A stretch of DNA of 62,685 nucleotides, filler included, from Stramenopiles sp. TOSAG23-2 (taxonomy: Eukaryota): the NCBI GenBank assembly GCA_900128395.1. It is 4 parts of 4 records of this genome, joined end to end, with 100 filler letters (N's around TTAATTAATTAA, not from the genome) between each part and the next. Parts side by side here need not be neighbours in the genome. Positions count along the whole stretch, not along the records: positions 29,786 to 59,257 come from LT649388.1; 3 more parts are not named here. The stretch is one strand, 5' to 3'. The notes beneath the pieces were generated by a model. That model had not been told where the DNA came from. It did not search any database and saw only the letters and a list, made by a program, of their open reading frames with translations. How positions within the stretch are numbered: position 1 is the stretch's first letter; every line of letters starts with the position of its first letter. The position numbers and the translations under genes were made by a program. This document shows, in pieces, positions 33,856 through 43,674 of the stretch.

Positions 33856-34562
33856 TATGTATGTATATATATATATATATATATATGTATTGATATGTAT
33901 CTATTTATTTATATGATTTGATTCTATGTTTTATATTTTTCCAATATATTATACTATTATATTCTAATTATATATATGGAAATATCTTTTACGCAATCAT
34001 GTGTACATGTGTACATTTTAACATGCAAAAAGCAATTTCATCTTACTCACTGGAAACTTATAAACTAAAACGGATCGATTTATCTCATAAAATAAGATGA
34101 TCGGTGCATCTCGGTGCTCTTTTTTTAAGGGCTATTTTAGCTAGCTAGCCTGGCTGCTACCTAGCTGGGCTAGCCCGCTAGTAGGCCAGTATAGGTAGTT
34201 GTTTAGGTTTTAAGGATTATTAAATGATTTACGCAAAAGCTTAAACCACAGTGCTATTCAACTGTTATTACGAGCCTCCCAACAAAAAAAAAGGATGATA
34301 CTTACGCAACCATAATACAACTTCTTTACAAAAAAGATATGTATTTACAAGCCAATAGTAAATTAGAATGAAAAAGGTTTTTTATACGTCGAGAAAAATA
34401 AAAACATCCCACCATTGCTTTCAACATTAACCTATTCGTACATTGCAAACAGATACAATAAGTCAAAAAAAATATAGCACATATATAGAATATAATAAGA
34501 GAACAACAGGAAGTTTTACGTAAAAAGATTTATAGATTAACAAAACATACCAATACTTGACA

Positions 34563-36708
34563 ATGATGGCAGACGGAGCAAGAGCAATAACTACTACTAC
34601 TACTACTACTACTACAAACATCATAGCAGATATAGAAACAGGCACAACAATATTTGATTGTCCAATATGTTTTGATAAAATGTCTGGGCGCATGATACAA
34701 TGTATAAATGGACATACATATTGTGAATCTTGTTTAGATTCAGTTTGTGGCAAGTCATCTGGATATTTTCCTTGTCGTAAGTTCTACAAACATACAATTA
34801 CAATAAATATAATTTATTTTACTAACTTTATATATATATATATATATCAACTTAGCAATTTGCCGAGTATCATGTTCAAGACGACGTCCTATCCATAATA
34901 TATTCCTTGAAAAAATTTTAAATGATTATATAATAACACCAAAACCAAAAGTTATACCATCATCTTCATCATCATCTACAACTTTGAAAAAGCGAAAAAG
35001 GAGCAATATTATCGATCCAATAGTACCAGATACTGTGAAAAAAATTGCAACACAAATGAAACGCAATGATTTTTCTTTACGGCAACGACAACGTGTGAAA
35101 AAATTAACCAGCAGCAACACACTTTTAGGGGATGATGAGATTGTGACAAAAACCGTACATATTTGGAAAGGTGGAGATGATGAAAAAAGTGAAAAGCAGA
35201 ATAATATACAAACTGGTGATTTATATTTATTTACAACAAAAAGGAAGATTAAGCAAGTATTTCAACGAACACACCGATCGGATGTAATGACAACCATTAA
35301 ATTTGAAGATATTGATCCTACTACAATGAAAGTCCAAGTTCGACCACTTCCAAGTGGCATTATGATTCCTGCTAAGAGGTATAAAAAGACGAGATATAAT
35401 TTGCCAGAGGAGGATGAAGACGAGGAAGAAGAGGAGGTAAATTCAAATAGTACAGAGAAAAACCCTATTATAGTAAATGGTAAACCATTGTATTTACAAC
35501 AAAAGAAGGAAAGTAACAGAAGTTTAAAATTTTCCCATAGAAAAAAAAAAACTGCAGCATCTTTAGCAAATCTAAGCGCATACAATGCTTTAAGGAGAAA
35601 TGACGAGGAAGAAGATAACAAATTACCAACAAGTAGCTCTAGACGTAATTGGACACAATCAGAACATAATATATTCATTGAAGCATTTAAGCAAAAGAAA
35701 ACTGTTGAAGAAATGTGTAAATTATTTAAAAAAAAATCATGGCAGCAAATTGACACTCATCGATTCCTTTATATTAAAAATTTAAAAATATCTCATACAA
35801 GAAAAAATGGAAGATTTCCTGTTGAAAGATCTAACAAAGCAACTGCCAACGTTGTTAGCAACAAAAAGCAAAAGAAACAATACAATAAAAAAGGTCGATG
35901 GTCAAAAGCAGAACGTAAAAAATTTATGAAAGCGTTGCAAGAGGATAGATCTGTAAAAGAAATGTGTGAGTTGATTCCTACTAGAACATACCGACAGATT
36001 TACCAAAAAAAAGAATGTCACACTTCATACGAATCTGAATCTGAGTCTGAGTCTTCATCATCTGAAGATGAATCTGAATCCGAGTCTACAAAAAAAATGA
36101 AATTACAGAAGAAAAAACGGTACAATAAGAAAGGTCGATGGTCAAAAGCAGAACATAAAAAGTTTATGAAAGCGTTCAAAGAGAATAAAACAACAAGGGA
36201 AATGTGTGAGTTGATTACTACTAGAACATACGACCAGATTTGTAACCATCGGTTTTATTTTGAATCTAAAGTGAGGTCTTCATCAACTTCATCTTCATCT
36301 GAGGATGAATCTGAATCGCAATCATCATCAGAAGAGTCCGAATTAGAATCGATAGAAGTAGAATTTAAAACAGGAGTTTGGTCAAAATCAGAAAATGAAG
36401 CCATTATGCAGTTAATTAACGCCCGCATGGGTATAAATAAAATAGATGAAGTGATAGTAACACGTTCAAGGGAACAGATACTAAACAAAATCAGAGATAT
36501 GGGTTACACAAGATCCAACACCGATGCAAATACAATTGATTGGGTGAAAGATATTGAAAAAAAACAAGTAAACAGAAGTCCAAACAAAACATCTAGTAAT
36601 AAGCAACTGATTGGTATTGTAGATGATACAAACAAAGAGGACAACAAACATGGAAGTTCAAACGGGATTTCTAATTTTTTCAGTTTTCTTTTTAGTAAAC
36701 GACAGTGA
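34563..36708 (+). CDS. Spliced gene (exons 34563-34776 and 34856-36708, 688 aa): SINA-like RING finger plus about four Myb/SANT-like repeats
   Basis: Removing the intron restores FDCPICFD...QCINGHTYCESC...FPCPICR...NIFLEKIL and joins in frame to the 34984 ORF. Myb-like units: NWTQSEH, GRWSKAE (twice), GVWSKSE. Confidence 0.88.
34777..34855 (+). other. 79-nt spliceosomal GT-AG intron
   Basis: Donor GTAAGT at 34777, branch point TACTAAC at 34820-34826, acceptor TTAG ending at 34855. Confidence 0.92.
35881..36320 (+). repeat. Intragenic tandem duplication of about 240 nt (Myb repeat plus Ser/Glu tract)
   Basis: 35881-36000 and 36121-36240 are highly similar at DNA level (tacaataaRaaaggtcgatggtcaaaagcagaac...gaaatgtgtgagttgattMctactagaacatac). 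Confidence 0.88.
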
Positions 36709-36983
36709 GATATTACCCCTCTATGTTATTGTCCATTGTCCATCTTTCAGTTTAGTAAGAGATAGATATATATTATTGCCTCTCAGTTATTGTATTCTTT
36801 CTGGAGAGTATAAATTATCATATGAGTAAAAATTAAAAAATAATTAAGTTATGCACGCTAATTAAATTTATTCTTTTTTAATATATTTTTATAAATATAA
36901 AATGATTTATTTTATTTTATACGTTCGTACTTCTATATTAGTCTAAATATTTAAAAAATATTAATTGTCATATCATGTATATT

Positions 36984-38033
36984 TCACAATGATGATGGTA
37001 AAAACACGAAACGTGCCATGATGGGAATATGATCAGAACCGAATTTACTATTTGGTATACCATTATTATTGGAAGATTTATTTAATAATCCATCACCTAA
37101 ACTTTCATTTACTGCATCCAGCCATCCATCTGGACCATCTTCAGCTCTTAACAAATCTTCGCTTGGTATTTCTAATAATTCAATTGGTAATAAATTATTT
37201 GAATGCCATATATAATCAATAGTTTGACAACGTTTATAGTTAACAGTTGTATGTGGTGGTTCATTTTTACCACCATTTGCAACATCGTTGTTGTTATCGC
37301 CGTTGTTGTTATCACCGTTGTTGTTATCGTTAATATTTGCATAATTTCTATAAGCACTCTTAAATGATAGTTCTTTTTCCATATATTCATATACCGGGGA
37401 ACCTGGTATATTATTAAAATCTCCAGCAATAATAATAGGTGGAGTATTTTTTGAACCACTAAACCATTTATCCGTAACAAACTTTAATTTCTCCGTCAAT
37501 TCTTTTAATTCTGCTAATTGTACATCAATTTTTTTAATGTTCCAATATAAATGAGTTGACACGACAATTATTTTTTCACCACTTTCTTTTGATTGCAACA
37601 ATACAAATAAAGCAATTCTATCATGTGTATCATTATAAATTAAAGTTTCTTGTTCTAACATTTCAAATTTTGTTGATTTGAAAAATATGCCACAACCATC
37701 ATATTTATTTACACCACTCCAACTACTTTCATTTAGAGACGGCCTTTTGAAATATACGCTATTGTAACCATATTCAAACATGGCACCTTTAAAATAATCC
37801 TCGTAATCATTTAATTCTTCCATACAAACAATTGTAGCATCTGTTTCAATAACATTTTGCACTATTAATTTTTTCCTAAATTGCCAGTCTAACAAGTCTT
37901 TTTTCACATATGGAAAACGATTTGCTTTTCCTAAATTTCCAGCTAATATATTATATTGCAACACGCTGAAAACATTTTCTTTACCCTTTTGGTTCATTAA
38001 TGGTAAACGGCGTATGCAGTTCCTCAGCAGCAT
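36984..38033 (-). CDS. EEP-superfamily CCR4/nocturnin/angel-like nuclease or phosphatase
   Basis: QYNILA, CMEE, DGCGIFFK, STHLYW, IAGDFN, TIDYIW, SDHIP. First ATG is at 38033, and MLLRNCIRRL could be a mitochondrial presequence. Confidence 0.9.
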   Translation of the reverse strand: MLLRNCIRRLPLMNQKGKENVFSVLQYNILAGNLGKANRFPYVKKDLLDWQFRKKLIVQNVIETDATIVCMEELNDYEDYFKGAMFEYGYNSVYFKRPSLNESSWSGVNKYDGCGIFFKSTKFEMLEQETLIYNDTHDRIALFVLLQSKESGEKIIVVSTHLYWNIKKIDVQLAELKELTEKLKFVTDKWFSGSKNTPPIIIAGDFNNIPGSPVYEYMEKELSFKSAYRNYANINDNNNGDNNNGDNNNDVANGGKNEPPHTTVNYKRCQTIDYIWHSNNLLPIELLEIPSEDLLRAEDGPDGWLDAVNESLGDGLLNKSSNNNGIPNSKFGSDHIPIMARFVFLPSSL

Positions 38034-38237
38034 TTTTTTTTCTTGCAATATGTTTTGTTGTCTGTTGTTTGTGTTGTTTTTTGTTTGTTTGCTTTAGCTT
38101 GTTGTTCATTCATTTTGTACAATTTGCATTTAATTTTGTATTTTGTAAAAAAATTCAACAAGGTGCCAAGAAGAAAACTAAAAAAAAAACGACGACGACG
38201 GGACGGGGACGACGAAAAATCATCATCCATTTTAATT

Positions 38238-38356
38238 TTTAAAAAACTTTCATAATCTGCTATACCAGAATCATGTACAAGTTTGTTGCTTTCCTCCGTT
38301 GATTTTTTTAATTTACCAATAATCATAGCAGCTGTAGCTATCCGATATACAAACTG
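38238..38356 (-). repeat. Perfect 119-bp inverted copy of coding segment 38798-38916
   Basis: Base-by-base reverse complement of cagtttgtatatcggatagc...gaaagttttttaaa in the neighbouring cNMP gene. Confidence 0.95.
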
Positions 38357-38611
38357 TGAGTTTAAATAATGCAATTCCTTAAACCAGCATTTTTTAGCAA
38401 GTGCCTCTGGAGTAACAACAAAGCACCAAAAGTCAAAAAACGTTATTATGATATAATACTTTTATTTCATGTATATATATACAGTATACGATATAACTAT
38501 AATATATAGAAACAATTTTCTTTTTTTTTTTTTTTTTTTGGTTCTGTATGTTCCTTACATTATTATCATACTATACTTTCAAAGGGCATCACTCATATTC
38601 AATACAGAAAT

Positions 38612-40036
38612 ATGAAATCATCTCAAGTTCGAGCTGGATTGCAAACATTTGTACCATCGAAACAAACTTCAAACAAAAAAGGCAAAGTCAATCGTTTGAA
38701 AGAAAAAGCTAGAAAAATAGGAGGGTTAGGCACAGTCTTGAGAAAGAGGCATAATCAAGTGAGACAAGATAGAAAAAATGCATTGAAAAATAACTGGCAG
38801 TTTGTATATCGGATAGCTACAGCTGCTATGATTATTGGTAAATTAAAAAAATCAACGGAGGAAAGCAACAAACTTGTACATGATTCTGGTATAGCAGATT
38901 ATGAAAGTTTTTTAAATACAATAAATTTACCAATAGAACAAAGGACGGAAAGCCATATATATAAAATAGCAAGAATGGTAAGACCATTGAAATTTTTTAA
39001 AGACTTAAATATGACTTTACAATTAATTCGTGAGTTAAGCAGAACAGCTGTTGTAAATACATTAAAAGAAGGAAGCAATATAATATTAGATGGACCACTC
39101 ACTTCAAATAAATATATATATATATTATTAGTTGGGTCTGTAGAAGTATATGTTCGTAATCCGGAAAATATTAAATTTAGCATAAGCTATGGATATAAGA
39201 AGCAAGGCGATAGCTTCGGTACTTCTAGAAACCCAAGCAAAGAAGAGGCATTTGTAAAAGCATTAGAAAATTGTGAAATATTAGTATTAGAGGCGAAAAT
39301 ATTACAAGAATTATTACATTCAGATAGAGTCGTAAAGGCTAAGAAAGTTACACAATTTTTACGCCAAGTACGTGCATTTAAAAAAATAAATGATTACGAA
39401 ATTGAAGATTTATCTTTTTCTGTATCAACCATTACATATAGACCAGGCCAAATATTATATAAAGAAGGCGATACAATTGATCGTGGACGATTTTTCATGG
39501 TTGTAAAACGTGGCGATGTTGAAGTATATAAAAATGTACCAAACAAAGAAAATCAATCAAAGAAAACAAAGAAAAAATTACATTTTATAAAAATATGCCA
39601 TCCACATGATATTATAACATGTCGTAATAAAATACCGCAAAATATATTAAATGGTGAAAATTATAAATTTAAAGAAATAAGAAATTTAAAGAATGATGTT
39701 ACAGCCATAGCGAAAACAATGTGTGAATGTTTAGTATTACCACAAATGGCTATATATAAACGATTATCAATTAAATCCATGAATTACTTGGCAAAATATA
39801 TGCCATTATATCCAAAAGATATAGAAGCTACAAATCAAATTACAAAACGAAAAGTATGGGAAAACTATAAAAAACAATTAGTTAATGATATCTTGATGCA
39901 ATCAAAACGTAATGGGAAAAAATATATTAAACACAAATCATTAGTTACTAAAAAAGCCAATCGCATCTTTCGGTCTAGCCAGGATGTAATTACAGTAAAA
40001 GCTGCAAAAGCAGAAAGAAATTTAAAAAAGTATTGA
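38612..40036 (+). CDS. Cyclic-nucleotide-binding domain protein (two cNMP-like domains)
   Basis: 'YILLVGSVEVY...KQGDSFG...VKALENCEILVL' and 'YRPGQILYKEGD...FFMVVKRGDVEVYK...TAIAKTMCECLVL'. Confidence 0.82.
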   Translation: MKSSQVRAGLQTFVPSKQTSNKKGKVNRLKEKARKIGGLGTVLRKRHNQVRQDRKNALKNNWQFVYRIATAAMIIGKLKKSTEESNKLVHDSGIADYESFLNTINLPIEQRTESHIYKIARMVRPLKFFKDLNMTLQLIRELSRTAVVNTLKEGSNIILDGPLTSNKYIYILLVGSVEVYVRNPENIKFSISYGYKKQGDSFGTSRNPSKEEAFVKALENCEILVLEAKILQELLHSDRVVKAKKVTQFLRQVRAFKKINDYEIEDLSFSVSTITYRPGQILYKEGDTIDRGRFFMVVKRGDVEVYKNVPNKENQSKKTKKKLHFIKICHPHDIITCRNKIPQNILNGENYKFKEIRNLKNDVTAIAKTMCECLVLPQMAIYKRLSIKSMNYLAKYMPLYPKDIEATNQITKRKVWENYKKQLVNDILMQSKRNGKKYIKHKSLVTKKANRIFRSSQDVITVKAAKAERNLKKY

Positions 40037-40457
40037 AATTAGAAGAGGAACGACAGGGGATACTGTATATGATGAGAGGAAGAGAGAGAGCGAGGAAAAT
40101 TTTGAATGCAGTGTGTGTTTTATGTGTGCATCACATGTGTTTTTATTGTACACGTACATATACATGATATGTTGCGCTGCTAACATATTTTTACGAAGCG
40201 TAAATAATAATGACTATGTACATGATACATCATTTTAATATATTTTTATAATAATATCTCGTACGAATATTTTTTTACATTTCTTTTCTTTTTACGTCTC
40301 CTCGTGTACACTTTTTTTAAAAGAGATACATATATATATAATACACACACACACATGCTACGCTTTGCACCACCGAGATATTATGTCCTCTTTTCCTTTT
40401 TGTATTGAAATATTTTTTAAAAAATTATTTCCACACAAAGTTCCTGGGGTTTTTTTT

Positions 40458-41624
40458 TTACTTTTTTTTCTTGCCTTTCTTTTTACCTTTTTTCTTTCCT
40501 TTCTTTCCACCACCTTTTTCAGCTTTTTGTTTCAAATATACACGTCCACGACGTTGAATCTTAATAGCTGCAGCATGTCGTCGTGCTTCCTCTTCTTTTC
40601 TCAATCTTTCTAATTCAGCCAAACGTCTTTCCTCTGCTAAACGTGCCATTTCAGCCGCATTTCGTTGTTCATCCCTTTCTTGTAAACCATTTAATGTATT
40701 TAAATCTCTTTCCCTATCTGCTGTTAACAATTTATATTCTTTATCTTTACCTTCCGTATCAGCCATATGTTTATTTTCCCATGCCTCAGCTTTTTCTTCC
40801 AATGTTTTATGGCATTCTTCTAAAAATCCCATAGTCTCTTGGTGAACGATATTTTCCGTTTCTTTTTGTTTTTCCAATGCTTCGATTTCTTGCCTTAATT
40901 GCTTTTCTTTTTGCCCAAACATACGTAAAATACTAGCCGTCTTTGCTTGTGCTTTTTTTCTCATATAATTTGTTTCTCCTTGCGTTCTTGATTTAATATC
41001 TTGCAATTCCTCTTTTAATTCTGCTATTTTGTTCTTTCTTGCAGCTAATTCCGTTTTATGTTCTTCCTGCTCGCGAATCAATTCTTCTTTCAATCGTTTC
41101 ACTGCTGCTGTTGTTTCTTTTTCCCGTCGAACTAAATCTTCTAATTTAGCTTGTTCGTTACGGTCTGATTCTACTTGACTAACTAACGTTTGAAACGTAC
41201 CATCTTCCAAATTTTGTATAGTCCTAGTCAATAAATCTTGTAAAGATTCACGCTCTTGTTGTATTTTTACTAAATTTCCACTAATATTTGGGTTGTCTTT
41301 CAAATTGCGGCATAAATTCTTTGTCGATTCTCTTAAAGCACGACTAACATCTTGTATTTCGACTTGGTTTTGTTTATATTTTGATTTATTCGATAAACCT
41401 TTTAATACACCACGTTGTGCAATTAATTCTTCATATTTTTGTTCTAAACGTTTTTGCTCTTCAATGATTCTTGAAATTTCATCCCCAACGAATTGACTCA
41501 ATTCATCCCTGTGTGCCAATACATCTGGTGTTATACTACCTAAAAATGCTAACTTTTCCAAACATTCTTCCAATACAGCTATTGCACGTTGTGCCTCAAT
41601 AGCTGATAATCTATTGACTGACAT
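40458..41624 (-). CDS. IQCG: Dynein regulatory complex subunit 9 (IQCG)
   Basis: Coiled coil with segments matching IQCG (LVKIQQER, LKEELQDIK, ENIVHQETMGFL, WENKHMADTEGK), a C-terminal IQ motif (AAIKIQRRGR) and a GKKK tail. The paralog IQCD/DRC10 fits less well. Confidence 0.82.
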   Translation of the reverse strand: MSVNRLSAIEAQRAIAVLEECLEKLAFLGSITPDVLAHRDELSQFVGDEISRIIEEQKRLEQKYEELIAQRGVLKGLSNKSKYKQNQVEIQDVSRALRESTKNLCRNLKDNPNISGNLVKIQQERESLQDLLTRTIQNLEDGTFQTLVSQVESDRNEQAKLEDLVRREKETTAAVKRLKEELIREQEEHKTELAARKNKIAELKEELQDIKSRTQGETNYMRKKAQAKTASILRMFGQKEKQLRQEIEALEKQKETENIVHQETMGFLEECHKTLEEKAEAWENKHMADTEGKDKEYKLLTADRERDLNTLNGLQERDEQRNAAEMARLAEERRLAELERLRKEEEARRHAAAIKIQRRGRVYLKQKAEKGGGKKGKKKGKKKGKKKK

Positions 41625-42360
41625 TTATATTATATTAATATATTATTGAAAACAATGATTATAATTATTATTATATAACTATTTCAGAATATAATTATAT
41701 ATATGTATGTATATATATTCTTTACCAAATGAATTAGTAAATAAATACTATGAAGAACTTAATTCCTGATCTATATAATACTACCACTATACATACGTCT
41801 GGAATGTTACATCTGGATAATTCCATCAACAATATACACCCACAATAGATATATTGAGGCAATGAGGCATCAAAAAGTGCAATCACAAGTTAAAGCAAGT
41901 GGGTGTCGTCCCCATAGTGTGCTGTGTTAATTTGCTTGACGCCTCTAACCCTAACACGAACTACCTCATTTAGTTTCTAACGTATATCTCTCTCACCTTC
42001 CCAATAAAACAGTGCCATATGTTCCATACGAATAGCATTAGCATGGCAGGGTTTCCTGAGTACAGAATGTTAGGAAAAAACTACAATGGTATACACTGCC
42101 TATAATGGTATACACACTACCTACGATGAAATGGAAAAACGCTTTTTCTTCTTCTTTCCTTTTCGCTAAAAAAAGTCTATTTTGGTGTACGTTACTATTA
42201 TTGTAGAATTAAATATACATATTGTATACCGTCATGGAAAAACATATAGTTTGTAATACTACGAATAAAAGAAATACATTAGAAGATAAAAAAGTCATTG
42301 TGTATTGATTTAATATATACATAACATATAATACAATAAAGTAACAGAATAAAAACAAAT

Positions 42361-42966
42361 ATGAGTGGTGGTGGATTTGGTATATGTGGACATAAAAATC
42401 AATTTAGTACTGGTGTAAGATGTGGTAATTGGGTGGAAGATACAGTTGGTGGTGTATTAGCAAAAAGACATTTAGCAGAAGGACCAGCGGGATATAAAGG
42501 TGCTATGAGTGAAACGCAACAACATTATGATGAAACTGTAGTAAAAGCAATGGCAAATAAAGAAAAATTCCGTGCACAAGATTCGGAAGATCAATTGATT
42601 GCATTACGTGGATTACCAAACCATTTATTATTTGGACATGAAGGTGATTATACAGCACAAACACGTTATAGGACAACAGCAGAAGCCGCAAATTACGCGC
42701 ATTCTAAATTTGCAAGAACAAGCCGTGACAAATTGATGAGAAGGAAAAAAATTGCAGATAAGATGGCAGCTATCGCAGATCATTTTGAAACACAAGACAA
42801 GAGGGCATCACGTGAAATGCAAATCCAAACAATAACACATGAAAAAAAAGATTTTAGAGCACCAGAAGGTGGCGATGAAGAACATTTAAAAGACGTACCA
42901 AAAGACCGTCGACATACAACCTTTGTTTCAACATTTAAAACAGGAATTAGAGGTTTACGTAGTTAG
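42361..42966 (+). CDS. Probable ciliary microtubule inner protein (CFAP107/CFAP68-like GNW motif)
   Basis: 201-aa ORF with N-terminal FSTGVRCGNWVED and an LLFGH motif. Confidence 0.6.
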   Translation: MSGGGFGICGHKNQFSTGVRCGNWVEDTVGGVLAKRHLAEGPAGYKGAMSETQQHYDETVVKAMANKEKFRAQDSEDQLIALRGLPNHLLFGHEGDYTAQTRYRTTAEAANYAHSKFARTSRDKLMRRKKIADKMAAIADHFETQDKRASREMQIQTITHEKKDFRAPEGGDEEHLKDVPKDRRHTTFVSTFKTGIRGLRS

Positions 42967-43674
42967 AGATACGAATTTCGTATTTTATTTGTATGTATGT
43001 ATACGATATAATATATACATATATAGGATGTGTAAATATATTGCAACAAGATGAACATAGTTCTTAATAAATCAAAATGTAAAAAAAAAAATTCGAGTTC
43101 GTATAAGAGAAAATAAAAAAAGTATTACAGACATTATCAAGAAGTGTAATATATGCTAATCGTCAAAACAAAACGTAAATATATACATATTAAATTAAGG
43201 AAATTATCACATGATTTGTTTTGTTTTCATGATTCCCCTATCTATATCTATACCCCCTATGCACTATATCAATATACTTGCATATAGTATTTTATACTTA
43301 TTATTTTCGTACTGTTTTACTACATTTATGAACGTATTTAGATGATCTCTTAAAAATAATTTTCCCAATTACAATGCTATATGCCTATTAAAATCAGCAA
43401 CGAGGAAAGGAGGTAAATACAACTTGAAGAAAAGAGGTTCAAAAAAACAAAACCCACACGTTGTACAGAGATTTAAATGATGGAATACCTGTGGAATAGA
43501 TAGAGAGGTAATTGGAAATTGACAATATATTGGAGACGTAGGCATATAGATATATATCTCTGTGTATATTTTCAATTTATCTTTCTTTGTTTTTTTTCCT
43601 CTTGTAATTATAGTATTGTCTATTACATTATATATATTATTAAAAATCAATTAGTATAATATTTATATATCATC

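Noticed and set aside
38024-38374. 116-aa ORF sharing 39 identical residues with the cNMP protein
   Set aside because: It results from the 119-bp inverted copy plus low-complexity flanks and starts at TTG. Not a credible paralog.
41945-41955. CTAACCCTAAC telomere-like sequence
   Set aside because: Under two repeat units, so compatible with chance.
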